Part shown: piece after piece, positions 29,693-40,933 of the stretch | Layout: each line of letters opens with the position of its first letter | How positions within the stretch are numbered: position 1 is the stretch's first letter | DNA from: Waterburya sp. | Lineage (GTDB): Bacteria > Cyanobacteriota > Cyanobacteriia > Cyanobacteriales > Xenococcaceae | Assembly (NCBI GenBank): GCA_965217895.1 | Contig: CBDCJV010000002.1 | Span: 480,001 to 544,000 of the forward strand | DNA length: 64,000 bases | Direction of reading: 5' to 3' | Translations under genes and position numbers: made by a program | The notes under the pieces: model-generated | The model's database searches: none | What the model was told of the DNA's origin: nothing | What the model saw: only the letters and a program-made list of their open reading frames with translations

Positions 29693-32467
29693 TTATTTAC
29701 GCCTAGCAATAAAATATCCCTGGAACAGCTTTTCCATCTCTACCCAAACAAACACCAACATACTAAAGCCAAGACAAATTAGTAAGTCAGTAAAGCTAAG
29801 AACACTAGTCTCAAAAAAGTTGCGTAGTGGTGCAACGTAAATTAGTAATACCTGTAAAACTGTGGTTAAAGCGATCGCACCGAGTAAATAAGGATTAGAG
29901 AAAAAGTTCATTTCGATAGTCAGTCTGGTATTAGAGCGTACCGCCAAAGCATGACCCATTTGCGCCAGACAAAGGGTAGTAAACACCATAGTTTTCCAAT
30001 GATTAGGATTGACGCTTTCGAGATCGTTGTTATAAGACCACACCATTAAGCTGATGGTTATAAGGGCAAAGATAATCCCAATTCGCACCATGTATAGCCC
30101 CATTCCGCGAGCAAAAATGCTTTCCTTTGGATCGTAGGGTGGGCGACTCATTACGTTGGGTTCGGCTGGTTCTAATGCTAGTGCCAGTGCAGGTAAACCA
30201 TCGGTAACAAGGTTCATCCAGAGAATTTGTAGGGGAGAAAGAGGAACACTACTTAAACCTAATAATGGCGCAGCAGCAATGGTTAATACCTCGCCAATAT
30301 TACTACCAAGGATATATTTGATAAACCGCCGAATATTATCATAAACTACTCTGCCTTCTTTGATCGCAGCGACGATAGTGGCAAAGTTATCATCGAGCAG
30401 AACCATGTCGCTAGCTTCTTTACTAACGTCAGTTCCAGTGATGCCCATAGCAATCCCGATATCTGCCTGTTTTAAAGCTGGCGCATCGTTGACTCCATCC
30501 CCCGTCATAGCCACAAATTCGCCCTGCTTTTGTAAAGCTTTAACTATCCGCAGCTTATGTTCTGGGGCAACACGAGCATAAACGCTAACCTGTTTTACCA
30601 CCTGTTCTAACTCTGCTGCGGACATCCTGGCTATTTCTTGCCCTGAAATTACTTGTCCATTAGCTTTAGCGATGTTCAGCTTAGTTGCGATCGCCATAGC
30701 GGTCAAAGGATGATCTCCCGTAATCATTACTGGTCTAATTCCCGACCTCAAACAGTTTGCCACCGCCTGTTTTACTTCCTCTCTGGGTGCATCCAGCATT
30801 CCTACCATCCCGAGCCATACAAGTTCTCGTTCGTTCTCTTCTTCTGTGTTAGCAGCAGGTATTTCTGCCAGAGGTTTATATGCTATACCCAATACTCTTA
30901 AGCCAATACTTGCTAGATAGGTATTTGAATCTAGGATTTGTTGCTTTTGCTGTTCTGTAATGGGTTGAGATTTATCGTCGTTCTGAATGTAAAGCGATCG
31001 CTCTAACATTAACTCTGGTGAACCCTTGACAAACATTATGTAGGGCGATTCTGTCTCTGGATTTTCTACTGTGACAGACATTCGTTTTCGCTCGGAGTCA
31101 AAGGGAAACTCTGCTAAGCGAGGTCTGTTTTGTTCGAGATCTTCTTTAAAAAGTCCTGTCTTTCCTGCCAAAGCCAATAGTGCGCCCTCTGTCGGATCGC
31201 CTAAGATCGACCATTTAGCTTTTTTTTGTGAGGTCTTACGGGAACATTGAAGCAGGGCATCATTACACAATACACAGGCTTCGAGTAGCTTATTAATTTC
31301 TGGCTCTTTTTCTAGACTATCTGGGTCTTCTCCTTGAAATTCTCCCGCTGGCTGATAACCCGTCCCTGTAACTTCAAAGTTAAATGAGTGGGTGCATACT
31401 TGCTGGACGATCATCTTGTTTTGAGTCAGCGTACCCGTTTTGTCAGAACAGATTGTAGTCACCGAACCTAAAGTTTCCACTGCTGGTAACTTACGTATCA
31501 AAGCCTGACGGCGAATCATCTTTTGTGTGCCAATTGCCAGAGTCACAGTTACCACCGCAGGCAATCCTTCTGGCACTACCGCCACTGCCATACTTAAAGA
31601 AGTTTCTAGAATCTCTTCAAAGATTCCCCAGCCTGACTTAAGTAAACCACCAAAAGTAATTAAGACTACCAAAGATAGCGAACCACTAACTAGTACTTTG
31701 CCTAGCTGGGTCATGCGTTGTTGTAGAGGAGTTGGTTCTGTCTCCACCGTTTGCAGCATGGTGGCAATTAGACCAATCTCCGTCTCCATGCCTGTTTTAG
31801 TGACTATGGCTTTTCCTCTGCCTTTTGCTACCTGTGTACCTTTAAAAATTAGGTTTAGACGCTCGCCTAACGGGGCATCTTCAGGTAAAATGACATCGGC
31901 ATCTTTATTTACCGCAGTGGCTTCGCCCGTAAGAGTAGACTCGCTAACCTGCAAATTTTGTGCCTCTAGCAAATGCCCATCCGCAGCAATTTGTACCCCT
32001 GCCTCTAAAAATATGATGTCTCCTGGGACTAGTTCTTCTGCATCAAGTTGTTGAGTTATCCCGTCGCGGATTACTTTTACCTGAGTCGAAGAAAGACGTT
32101 TGAGTGCAGCGAGGGCTTTTTCAGCACGACTTTCTTGAACATAGCCTAAAATGCCGTTGAGAATAACAATGATAAAGATAGCGATGGAATCTTTGGGAAA
32201 ATTGCCGTGACGCAGATCTAAAATTGCCGAAATTATGGCGATCGCCATCAGCATAATCAGCATAATATTAGTAAACTGATCCCATAAGATGCTCAGTTTA
32301 CTTCGTCCAGCCGTCTGTTTTAGTTCATTCTTGCCAAAATACTTTTGTCTTCGATCAACTTCATCACTAGATAAGCCGCTGCTAGCATCAGCTTTAAGTA
32401 ATTCAATGGCTTTTTCAAGGTTTATAGTATGCCAATCGTTAATGCTCGTCAGCGTTGATAAAGACAT
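29693..32467 (-). CDS. Cation-transporting P-type ATPase (type IIA, PacL/Ca2+-like)
   Basis: TGEA, VPEGLP, DKTGTLT, KGSPE, MITGD, GDGVND, LWMNLVTD. Confidence 0.93.
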   Translation of the reverse strand: MSLSTLTSINDWHTINLEKAIELLKADASSGLSSDEVDRRQKYFGKNELKQTAGRSKLSILWDQFTNIMLIMLMAIAIISAILDLRHGNFPKDSIAIFIIVILNGILGYVQESRAEKALAALKRLSSTQVKVIRDGITQQLDAEELVPGDIIFLEAGVQIAADGHLLEAQNLQVSESTLTGEATAVNKDADVILPEDAPLGERLNLIFKGTQVAKGRGKAIVTKTGMETEIGLIATMLQTVETEPTPLQQRMTQLGKVLVSGSLSLVVLITFGGLLKSGWGIFEEILETSLSMAVAVVPEGLPAVVTVTLAIGTQKMIRRQALIRKLPAVETLGSVTTICSDKTGTLTQNKMIVQQVCTHSFNFEVTGTGYQPAGEFQGEDPDSLEKEPEINKLLEACVLCNDALLQCSRKTSQKKAKWSILGDPTEGALLALAGKTGLFKEDLEQNRPRLAEFPFDSERKRMSVTVENPETESPYIMFVKGSPELMLERSLYIQNDDKSQPITEQQKQQILDSNTYLASIGLRVLGIAYKPLAEIPAANTEEENERELVWLGMVGMLDAPREEVKQAVANCLRSGIRPVMITGDHPLTAMAIATKLNIAKANGQVISGQEIARMSAAELEQVVKQVSVYARVAPEHKLRIVKALQKQGEFVAMTGDGVNDAPALKQADIGIAMGITGTDVSKEASDMVLLDDNFATIVAAIKEGRVVYDNIRRFIKYILGSNIGEVLTIAAAPLLGLSSVPLSPLQILWMNLVTDGLPALALALEPAEPNVMSRPPYDPKESIFARGMGLYMVRIGIIFALITISLMVWSYNNDLESVNPNHWKTMVFTTLCLAQMGHALAVRSNTRLTIEMNFFSNPYLLGAIALTTVLQVLLIYVAPLRNFFETSVLSFTDLLICLGFSMLVFVWVEMEKLFQGYFIARRK

Positions 32468-32611
32468 TTAATTTTGTCCTTAAATACTGTTGGTAGTCTT
32501 CCAAATTTACCTTATAAAGCCATAAATTGTGAACCATCGCTGTAAAACATTAGAAAACTCGTCGTTTAATATGCGATCGCTGTCCTCTATATCACAACTA
32601 ACCATCCACCA

Positions 32612-32761
32612 TTAGTAATACTTTTTAGGATCTTCGCCAGGATCGCCACTGAAAGGTTGAACTCCAGTTTTGGGATAGTCATCATCTGTAGCTTTGAACA
32701 GTCGGAATACTCCATCAAATAAATATTGGACTGTGTTTTGCACCCATGTAAAAATCTTCAT
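32612..32761 (-). CDS. Small conserved cyanobacterial protein (49 aa), absent from the ORF track
   Basis: MKIFTWVQNTVQYLFDGVFRLFKATDDDYPKTGVQPFSGDPGEDPKKYY*; GAGG Shine-Dalgarno upstream. Confidence 0.75.
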   Translation of the reverse strand: MKIFTWVQNTVQYLFDGVFRLFKATDDDYPKTGVQPFSGDPGEDPKKYY

Positions 32762-32790
32762 ATCTTTTACCTCATCGATTAAATTAACGA

Positions 32791-33411
32791 TTATTCAGCT
32801 AAAAACTCTCGGTCAAATATTTGTCTTGTGAGGGGATACTCTAAAACCAATCCTTCTCCCCCAAGGGGATAATCTTCATTCAAAGGTATTCCCTCAACTG
32901 ATAAAAACACTCGTGCTTGGGGATCTATACTCGTTGCCGTATAAAGCACTTGAGCCACTCGATAAATCATTGAACTACTGCCACCTCCCTGAGTAAATTC
33001 ATGGGATAAATCGACGTGTACCCCATCTTCGCTAGTCTGTAGATCTAGTAAACGTGTACCCTGGGGAATTGTACTGGTTGGATTGAAGACGAACGCTTGG
33101 GCAAATAGCTTATCTAAAGCCTCAGTCAAAGCAGCTTGAGGCGAAGTTGCAGAAGTGTAAATAGCTTTGGGTGTCAAATGGATACGCCGATCAACTATCT
33201 CTAGCTGATAGATCTGAGGAGTAAACTTAGCTGGCTGTACCTCTTCAACTGAAGAAGATCCCGATCTTGTAACTGTGGGTAATATTACTTTGCTCAATGA
33301 CCAAATACCAGCGATTTCAGCAACTCCTATTAACAACAGTGAAAGTCCTATCAGTATCGGGGCTACATTAGATGACTTGTTGTGTAATTTGTCATGTATT
33401 TTCATTGTCAC
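32791..33411 (-). CDS. GerMN-domain membrane protein
   Basis: STIPQGTRLL..VDLSHEFTQGGGSSSMIYRVAQVLYTAT. Confidence 0.88.
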   Translation of the reverse strand: MTMKIHDKLHNKSSNVAPILIGLSLLLIGVAEIAGIWSLSKVILPTVTRSGSSSVEEVQPAKFTPQIYQLEIVDRRIHLTPKAIYTSATSPQAALTEALDKLFAQAFVFNPTSTIPQGTRLLDLQTSEDGVHVDLSHEFTQGGGSSSMIYRVAQVLYTATSIDPQARVFLSVEGIPLNEDYPLGGEGLVLEYPLTRQIFDREFLAE

Positions 33412-33441
33412 CTCACCTGTGTTTACTTCCTCTTGAAACTT

Positions 33442-34795
33442 TTAGATATTGGCTGTACTGGCTATATTCACCTTGGGCATGGTTATAGTTAATACTCCCT
33501 GAACCAATTCGGCTCTGATATGATTGACCTGAATTTTACTGGTAGGGAAACGTTGCACTCAAGCTGTCCATAGTGAAGCTGAGAAGGAATCAATTCTTTT
33601 TCGGTTGATGACTTATGGTGGTCATATATAGCAGTCGAAGTATAGGTTAGGACGTTAGCTTAACAGCATAATCAACTCTCTCTCGAAAATTTTCGATACT
33701 ACCTTTTGATTTTCTTACTCTGTTTTTAATGGGAAACCAACAATGCTCTATTTTATTTAAATCAGGAGAATAAGGAGGTAAATATTGAAGTTCACAACCC
33801 GCTGATTCAACTAATTCTCTAATTCTTTCTCCTGCTTGGTGCGCGTACATGCGGAAGCGCGCCTTTGTCTTGCGCCTATCGGCAGCGCGGGGTCGCATCC
33901 GCTTTATGAAATGTGGCATTATCTAAAATGAGTCTTTGCCCTGGATTTAATCCAGGAAGTAATTTTTCTTCGAGCCATTTTTCAAATACTAAGCGATTAC
34001 AAGACCCCTCAAAAGTTAATGGTGCGAGCAATTTTCCTTGGCACAATCCACTCATAATACTCACTCTAAGACTTCTTCTTCCTGATTTTAAATCATAGAA
34101 TCTTTTTCCTTTCTCATTCCATCCATAGCCATAATCCTCTCGATTGTCCATTCCTGATTCGTCAATATAGACTCTATTTTCTGGCTTGGTTTTGCTAATC
34201 TTTAACTTGAATTTTTGTCTTTTTTCTTCATCTCTCTCTTGATAACCGTAAGTTTTTTTTTCTGGTATATCCAATTTTTTGAAGTGCTTTGCCAATGGTG
34301 CGATCGCTAATTTTTTCTGACCATTTATCCGCCATTTCTTGCTAAGTAAGACTACCGTAAGTCTTAGCGAACTTCCTAAAATTTTCTAAATCAGTAATTT
34401 TAGAATTATATCCCTGTTGATATCCAACTTCTGCTCGATAATCTCCTGTTTTCGCTCTTTTTTTCAGCCAAAGGTCAATTGTATTCCGACTGATTTTAAA
34501 AATGCGACTTACCTGAGTTTTAGCCATTCCATCATTGATCGCATTAATTACTTTTGTTCTTAAATTGTAGCTATAAGAAGCTGGCATCTTAGTCTTTCAT
34601 TTATCGTACTTCATATTTATTATGTCCTAATCCTTGCTTCGATTGCTATACTCCAGAAATTGCCACTGATTCTGATTCGGCACTGATATTCAAATCCTTA
34701 ATCTCAACTCCAGGAAGTTCTGCTTTGAGAATTAAGTCTCGGTCAGTTTCATTGAACTCGATCGCTGGACACCAAGTTTTGTCTTCTTGTCTCAT
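33442..34795 (-). pseudogene. Hsp20/alpha-crystallin gene split by IS630 and frameshifted
   Basis: 5' part MRQEDKTWCPAIEFNETDRDLILKAELPGVEIKDL..ISGV (34649-34795); 3' part ..LHYGQL..IRAELVQGVLTITMPK (33442-33628) with a 1-bp frameshift near 33540. Confidence 0.85.
33629..34648 (-). mobile_element. IS630-family element (inactive)
   Basis: 25-bp imperfect TIRs tagcagtcgaagtataggttaggac / tagcaatcgaagcaaggattaggac; TA duplication; motifs YIDESG, LDNATFHK, LPPYSPDLNKIE; premature TAG in orfA; 70-bp insert in orfB. Confidence 0.92.
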
Positions 34796-34872
34796 TTTCT
34801 TCTCCCGATCTGCAAGTTAGTAACGTGTAAAAACTATCTTTTTTTCTATGATTTAAGAATAGCGATCGATGT

Positions 34873-34888
34873 TGAAGAACTTGTGAGG
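34873..34888 (-). promoter_or_regulatory. Island box CCTCACAAGTTCTTCA upstream of hsp20
   Basis: Followed after 11 nt by TATTCT; one of six copies. Confidence 0.75.
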
Positions 34889-34916
34889 ATTATCTAATTA
34901 TTAGTTTATATGATGA

Positions 34917-35387
34917 TTAATTACTGCTCGATGTCTTTGGAGTACTGGTGTTATTAGGGTTTACAGACTGCTTAAAGCTATCGATCTTAACTAAGCTAGG
35001 ATCGATTTGTACAACACTAATATTCATACTGAGGACATCTTTAGCATAATAACTAACACCGCGATATTCTAGTTTGATACTAGGCTGAGAAATATAAATC
35101 CTATTTAACTCTGATTGTTTAGTCAAGATGTCATTTAAAGTGCCTGTATAGTCTCCATTTATCCTAATATTTGTCGCTCTGCTGGATTGCCAGTCTAGCT
35201 GATGGCAATTTTCAAAATATTGAACTGTATTCAATTCGCGACAAGTTTCTAAATGCTCGATTTTGTATCTACGCCAAAAGCTAAACGGATTGATGAACCT
35301 AACGTAAGTATCCGCAGCAAACAGTTGCTGGAAGTATTGACCAAAGGGAAAGCTGATTTTTACTAGTCTTTTTTCCTCTATATTCAT
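34917..35387 (-). CDS. Hypothetical protein
   Basis: 156-aa ORF with GGAGA RBS and its own copy of the island box. Confidence 0.65.
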   Translation of the reverse strand: MNIEEKRLVKISFPFGQYFQQLFAADTYVRFINPFSFWRRYKIEHLETCRELNTVQYFENCHQLDWQSSRATNIRINGDYTGTLNDILTKQSELNRIYISQPSIKLEYRGVSYYAKDVLSMNISVVQIDPSLVKIDSFKQSVNPNNTSTPKTSSSN

Positions 35388-35434
35388 TATAAATCTCCGA
35401 TACTTGTGTATATTTTGAGATTAATTGAATAACT

Positions 35435-35450
35435 TGAGAAACTTGTGAAG
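35435..35450 (-). promoter_or_regulatory. Island box variant CTTCACAAGTTTCTCA
   Basis: Followed after 11 nt by TAATCT. Confidence 0.6.
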
Positions 35451-35455
35451 CCAGG

Positions 35456-36688
35456 CTAATTGTGATTTTTAATAGCGTAAGCCTGTTGTGCAATTGCCCA
35501 ATCTTCTTGAGTATGAATTACCAACACTTTTACAGTTGAGTCAACAGCAGCAACATTCATATCGGTAGGATTAGCATTATTTTTATCTAAATTATTTTTA
35601 TCTAAATTCAACTTCAAACCTAGATAGCTCAATCCCGCACAAGTTTGTTCGCGAATTATAGCTGAATTTTCACCCACTCCCGCAGTAAAGACTAAAACAT
35701 CTAAACCATTTATACTGGCTACCATTGCGCCTATAGAACTTTTTAAGCGATGTAGATAAATATCAAGGGCTAATGATGCTCTTTTATTTCCCTCGGCGAT
35801 CGCTTCTGAAATAGCTCTTATGTCCCCAGATATTCCAGAAACTCCTTTTAAACCTGAATTTTGATTTAATATCTGACTTACCTCCTCGAAAACTAAGCTA
35901 TATTCCTGCATCATGTAGAGCGGAATCTGAGGATCGATTGAACCACAGCGAGTACCCATCATTAAGCCTTCCAGGGGAGAAAAGCCCATCGTGGTATCGA
36001 TACAGATCCCGTTATCGATCACAGCCAGAGAACAGCCATTACCTAAATGACAGGTAACAATTTTAAGAGATTCTAATGGTTTCTGAAGAATTTGAGCAGC
36101 GCGGTTAGCGCAATACTCATGGGAAATACCGTGAAAGCCATAACGCTGAATGCCCTTCTCGTAATATTCATAAGGCAAAGGATAAACTTTTGCTGCTTCA
36201 GGGAGCGTTGTATGAAACGCTGTATCAAATACAGCTACTTGAGGTACAGGTACTTCGGGCAGTATTTCTTTGATCGCATTGATGCCTTCGAGATGAGCAG
36301 GATTATGATTGGGAGCAAGGGGAATTAGATCGGCGATCGCCTTTTTAACCTCATCATCAATTGGAGTAGCCTGACTATATTTTGCCCCGCCATGCACTAC
36401 TCGATGACCTACTAAATTGATTTCCTCAAGACTCTCTAAAACTTTAGTTTCTCCCTGAACTAGAGTACTCAATAGAACGGTTAAAGCAGTATCACGCTCT
36501 TGAACTTCAATTTTCTGTTTAATACCGTTACTTTTAACAGTTAAAATACCCCCCGACTGCGCTACCGTCCAATCGAGGTGAGCCGACCATAATGGTTTTG
36601 AAGCAGTGGGGAAAGGTTCTTCAAGAATATAAAGACAGCTTTTTTGGCTGCTAGAGCCTGCGTTTAGAACTAATATGTTCATTCTCAA
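35456..36688 (-). CDS. ackA: Acetate kinase
   Basis: VLNAGSSS, GHRVVHGG, FDTAFH, RYGFHGISH, CHLGNG, FTAGVGEN. Confidence 0.97.
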   Translation of the reverse strand: MRMNILVLNAGSSSQKSCLYILEEPFPTASKPLWSAHLDWTVAQSGGILTVKSNGIKQKIEVQERDTALTVLLSTLVQGETKVLESLEEINLVGHRVVHGGAKYSQATPIDDEVKKAIADLIPLAPNHNPAHLEGINAIKEILPEVPVPQVAVFDTAFHTTLPEAAKVYPLPYEYYEKGIQRYGFHGISHEYCANRAAQILQKPLESLKIVTCHLGNGCSLAVIDNGICIDTTMGFSPLEGLMMGTRCGSIDPQIPLYMMQEYSLVFEEVSQILNQNSGLKGVSGISGDIRAISEAIAEGNKRASLALDIYLHRLKSSIGAMVASINGLDVLVFTAGVGENSAIIREQTCAGLSYLGLKLNLDKNNLDKNNANPTDMNVAAVDSTVKVLVIHTQEDWAIAQQAYAIKNHN

Positions 36689-36743
36689 CCTTTTTCGTAA
36701 GGATTAGTAGTGTTGTCATTAGATAATCCAGAACCTACTCAAA

Positions 36744-37448
36744 TCACAAGGGAATTTTATTGATAACTTTCACTGCTGAATCAAATTCGTAGATAATGGG
36801 GACTCCCGTGGCTAGCTCCAATTTTGGCACTTCTTCAACAGATAATTTGTCTAAATCCATAATTATGGAGCGTAATGAATTACCATGAGCCACGACTAAA
36901 ACCGTTTCGCCATTTTTCAGGTGAGTAAAAATGCGATCTCTAAAGAAAGGTAAAACTCTAGCTCTAGTATCTTCTAGGCTTTCACCCCCTGGAGGTCGAG
37001 TGTTATAGGAGCGTCGCCAGAGATTGACCTGCTCTGCTCCATATTTTGCTGCTGTTTCAGTTTTGTTTAAACCCTGCAATTGCCCATAATACCGTTCATC
37101 TAAGTTTAATGTGGTAAAAATCGGCAATTCTTGAGTGCGATCGCCTTCATATTTGTCCCAATCATGCCAATTGGGATCATTAGTAAAATGTTTAATAATA
37201 GGGGTTTTGCCTCCACAAATTTCACTGCACTCAGTCAAGCAAATAATGGCTGTCTCTATTGCTCTGATTAATAAGCTGGTGAAACAAACGTCTATTCGCT
37301 CGTCGCTTTTACTCAATTTACGAGAGGCGGTAATCGCTTCAGCACGCCCTTTCTTGCTCAGAGGAACATCGACCCAACCTGTAAACCTGTTTTGGGCGTT
37401 CCAAAGGCTTTGTCCATGACGAATTAAAATTAGTCTAGCCACAATCAA
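36744..37448 (-). CDS. gpmA: 2,3-bisphosphoglycerate-dependent phosphoglycerate mutase
   Basis: IRHGQSLWN..RFTGWVDV, ERYYGQLQGLNK, AHGNSLR. Confidence 0.93.
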   Translation of the reverse strand: MIVARLILIRHGQSLWNAQNRFTGWVDVPLSKKGRAEAITASRKLSKSDERIDVCFTSLLIRAIETAIICLTECSEICGGKTPIIKHFTNDPNWHDWDKYEGDRTQELPIFTTLNLDERYYGQLQGLNKTETAAKYGAEQVNLWRRSYNTRPPGGESLEDTRARVLPFFRDRIFTHLKNGETVLVVAHGNSLRSIIMDLDKLSVEEVPKLELATGVPIIYEFDSAVKVINKIPL

Positions 37449-37449
37449 A

Positions 37450-39852
37450 CTATTGAGACCATTTCCAGTTAGTAATCTCTGGCTTATCCATCCCCTGTTC
37501 GTGAGCGTAAGCCAGATTGTCGATAATCTCGTTTTTCATCCGTTCTCTGACATAAACGGCTCTCGAACCAAGTTTTTCGACTCGATCTATAACATCGATG
37601 ATTAAGTTAAAGCGATCTATTTGATTTAGCATCGCTAGCTCTAAAGGCGTATTGATATTACCCTGCTCTTTATAGCCTCTGACGTGAATCCGCTCTTGAT
37701 TAGTGCGACGATAGGCTAGTTTATGAATCAACCAGGGGTAGCCGTGAAAGTTAAAGATTACTGGTTTGTCAGGAGTGAACAGAATATCAAATTCTTTGTT
37801 GGATAAGCCGTGAGGATGTTCACGTTCCGACTGCAAGCGATATAGATCGACCACGTTAATAAACCTAACTTTCAGTTCGGGAAACTCTTCGCGCAATATC
37901 GCTGTGGCTGCCAAAGATTCCATTGTCGGAATATCGCCACAGCAAGCCATAATTACGTCAGGTTCATCTGCTGCTTTTCCACAGTCATCGTTACTCGCCC
38001 AATCCCAAATACCGATACCCTTGGTACAGTGCTTTACCGCTTCATCCATTGTCAGATATTGCAGGTGATTTTGCTTGTCGGCAATGATCACGTTGACGTA
38101 ATCCTTACTCTTCAAACAGTGGTCGGCAACGGATAATAAGCAGTTAGCGTCGGGCGGGAAATAAATGCGGGTAACATCCGCACTTTTGTTTGTTACTACG
38201 TCAATAAAGCCTGGATCTTGATGGGAAAAGCCATTATGATCCTGTCGCCAGACTAAAGAAGATAGCAGCAGATTGAGAGAAGATACGGGAACGCGCCAGG
38301 GAACGTGCTTTTTACAGATTTCCAACCATTTGGCGTGCTGGTTAAACATGGAGTCGATGACGTGAATAAATGCTTCATAACTATGGATAAATCCGTGTCT
38401 GCCAGTAAGCAAATACGTCTCCAGCCAACCTTCAAGGGTATGTTCGCTCAACATCTCCATTACTCTGCCATTGGGTGATAACTGACTGCCATCTTCATCC
38501 TCTGGAAGATAGTCTGCCATCCACGCTTTCTTAGTAACTTCGTAGATATCCTGTAGGCGATTAGAAGCAGTTTCGTCGGGTCCAAAGACGCGAAAGTTGG
38601 TCATGTTGTGCTTCATCACATCTCGTAAAAACTTACCCAATACTCTGGTGTTTTCGACTTCTACCGTTCCTGGCGTTTCCATTTCTATGGCATAATCGTT
38701 AAAGTCAGGCAGCTTGAGATCTTTTCTCAAAAGTCCGCCATTAGCTACAGGATTGGCACTCATGCGTTTAATACCGACTGGAGCGAGTTCTTTGAGTTCG
38801 GGAATCAAAGTACCATGCTCGTCAAACAATTCTTCTGGTTTGTAGTCCTTCATCCACTGTTCGAGAAGCTTTACGTGTTCTGGGTTAGAGTGCATTCCTC
38901 CCATTGGTACTTGATGCGATCTCCAGAATCCTTCTACCTTGTGTCCGTCTACTTCTGCTGGTCCCGTCCAGCCTTTGGGAGTTCGTAAAATAATCATGGG
39001 CCAACGAGGTCGAAAGGCTTTATTTTGGCTACGGGCTTCCTGTTGATATTCTCTAATCTTGACAATGCACTCTTCCATGACTCCCGCCATTTTTTGGTGC
39101 ATGGTTTCGGGGTCTGAACCTTTTACTACATAGGGAGTATAGCCATAGCCTTCAAACAATTTAGTCAACTCTTCCTCACTAATACGAGCCAGAATTGTCG
39201 GGTTGGCAATTTTGTAGCCATTTAGGTTGAGGATCGGCAATACTGCCCCATCGCGGATGGGATTGAGAAATTTGTTGGAGTGCCAAGCCGTCGCCAATGG
39301 TCCTGTTTCTGCTTCCCCATCTCCTACTACACAAGCAACTATTAAATCGGGATTGTCGTAGGCTGCACCAAAGGCATGGGAAACGCTGTAGCCTAGTTCT
39401 CCTCCTTCATGAATTGAACCAGGGGTTTCAGGGGTACAGTGACTGCCGATATAACCAGGAAATGAGAATTGCTTAAAAAACTTTTGCATTCCCGATTCGT
39501 CCTGGCTTTTGTCGGGATAAACTTCGGAATAAGTTCCTTCAAGATATACGGGTCCTAGTACTCCAGGTGCGCCATGTCCTGGTCCTGCAATAAAGATAGA
39601 GTTGAGGTCGTACTTCTTAATCAGGCGATTGAGGTGAATATAGGTAAAGCTAAGTGCGGGAGAAGAACCCCAATGTCCTAACAGTCGTTGTTTGATATGT
39701 TTTGCCTGAAGGGGTTCTTTGAGTAAGGGATTATCTCGCAGATAAATCATGCCCACTGCTAGGTAGTTACAGGCACGCCAATAGGCATCTATTTTGCGAG
39801 CTTCTTCTGTGTTTAGGGCAGTCGTTGAATCTGTAGAGGGAGTAGATACCAT
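37450..39852 (-). CDS. xfp: Xylulose-5-phosphate/fructose-6-phosphate phosphoketolase
   Basis: [40 protein letters not shown]. Confidence 0.97.
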   Translation of the reverse strand: MVSTPSTDSTTALNTEEARKIDAYWRACNYLAVGMIYLRDNPLLKEPLQAKHIKQRLLGHWGSSPALSFTYIHLNRLIKKYDLNSIFIAGPGHGAPGVLGPVYLEGTYSEVYPDKSQDESGMQKFFKQFSFPGYIGSHCTPETPGSIHEGGELGYSVSHAFGAAYDNPDLIVACVVGDGEAETGPLATAWHSNKFLNPIRDGAVLPILNLNGYKIANPTILARISEEELTKLFEGYGYTPYVVKGSDPETMHQKMAGVMEECIVKIREYQQEARSQNKAFRPRWPMIILRTPKGWTGPAEVDGHKVEGFWRSHQVPMGGMHSNPEHVKLLEQWMKDYKPEELFDEHGTLIPELKELAPVGIKRMSANPVANGGLLRKDLKLPDFNDYAIEMETPGTVEVENTRVLGKFLRDVMKHNMTNFRVFGPDETASNRLQDIYEVTKKAWMADYLPEDEDGSQLSPNGRVMEMLSEHTLEGWLETYLLTGRHGFIHSYEAFIHVIDSMFNQHAKWLEICKKHVPWRVPVSSLNLLLSSLVWRQDHNGFSHQDPGFIDVVTNKSADVTRIYFPPDANCLLSVADHCLKSKDYVNVIIADKQNHLQYLTMDEAVKHCTKGIGIWDWASNDDCGKAADEPDVIMACCGDIPTMESLAATAILREEFPELKVRFINVVDLYRLQSEREHPHGLSNKEFDILFTPDKPVIFNFHGYPWLIHKLAYRRTNQERIHVRGYKEQGNINTPLELAMLNQIDRFNLIIDVIDRVEKLGSRAVYVRERMKNEIIDNLAYAHEQGMDKPEITNWKWSQ

Positions 39853-39907
39853 GATATTTCTATTAATGAAGGTAAAAACTAATTTGCTAGATCTCTGTAG
39901 CGCGAAA

Positions 39908-40927
39908 CTAAAAATTAAGCTGACTGAAAACTTCTTGGAGAACTTGAGCCGAATGACAAAGCTGTTTCTCTTCTCTAGGGCTTAAATCTAAATTAACAGT
40001 TTTGAGTATACCTTTTTCGCTGACTACTCTTGGTAAACCCAGACACACATTGTCAATACCGTACATTCCATCTACTAAACCGCTAACTGTAAGAACTCTT
40101 TCCTGACTGCGTAGAATCGCTTTAACGATATCGGTTACAACTAAACCGATCGCATAAGAAGTATATCCTTTGCGCTGAATAACGTCATAGGCTGCATTTT
40201 TGACGCGATCGAATATAGCAGTTAATTCTTGGCGATCGCTTTCTTTAAAATTCTCCCAATCTTGGGACAATAATTTTCGACCTGCGACATTCGCTGTACT
40301 CCAGACAGGAACTTCACTATCACCATGTTCGCCGATGATATAAGCATGAACACTACGAGCATCAATATTTAATTTACTTGCTAGCAAAGTGCGAAATCTA
40401 GAGGTATCTAATACCGTTCCCGAACCGATCACTCTAGAACTGGGAAAGTCAGAAATTTTAAGTGCTACGTAGGTCATAATGTCTACGGGATTGGTCACAA
40501 TCAATAGAATAGCGTCTGGACAATATTTGGCTACATCAGCCAAAATATTTTGATAAATAGCAATATTGCGACCTAGTAAATCGAGGCGAGTCTCGCCTGG
40601 TTTTTGCGCTGCGCCAGCCGTAATAATTACGATGTCTGCGTCTTTACCTGCATCAGCTACAGTTCCAGCTACAAGCTCAGTAGGATCGATCAAAGACATA
40701 CCATGAAGCATATCCATGACTTCTCCCTCAACTTTTTGAGTTTCAAGATCTTGCAAGACTAGCTCATCAAAGCAGTTTTGGATCAGTAAGGAATAGGCGC
40801 AGGCTAATCCAACCTGTCCTAAACCAATAATGACTCCTTTACGGGGACGAAGAATATTTGTTGATTCGGCTTCAGAATTGAGAGTAAAAATTTGGTCGAA
40901 CATAAAGCTTGCTTGAGTATTAATCAC
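39908..40927 (-). CDS. ldh: L-lactate dehydrogenase
   Basis: [42 protein letters not shown]. Confidence 0.93.
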   Translation of the reverse strand: MINTQASFMFDQIFTLNSEAESTNILRPRKGVIIGLGQVGLACAYSLLIQNCFDELVLQDLETQKVEGEVMDMLHGMSLIDPTELVAGTVADAGKDADIVIITAGAAQKPGETRLDLLGRNIAIYQNILADVAKYCPDAILLIVTNPVDIMTYVALKISDFPSSRVIGSGTVLDTSRFRTLLASKLNIDARSVHAYIIGEHGDSEVPVWSTANVAGRKLLSQDWENFKESDRQELTAIFDRVKNAAYDVIQRKGYTSYAIGLVVTDIVKAILRSQERVLTVSGLVDGMYGIDNVCLGLPRVVSEKGILKTVNLDLSPREEKQLCHSAQVLQEVFSQLNF

Positions 40928-40933
40928 TAACTA

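Noticed and set aside
31527..32054. 175-aa ORF and other short ORFs antisense to or nested in long genes (e.g. 54570-54914, 30360-30581, 14654-14971)
   Set aside because: Shadow frames of conserved genes; the similar peptides opposite each P-type ATPase just mirror the sense-strand motifs
33647..33919. N-terminus MPHFIKRMRPRAADRR of the 90-aa ORF as a real protein start
   Set aside because: Produced by the 70-bp insert frameshifting the IS630 transposase
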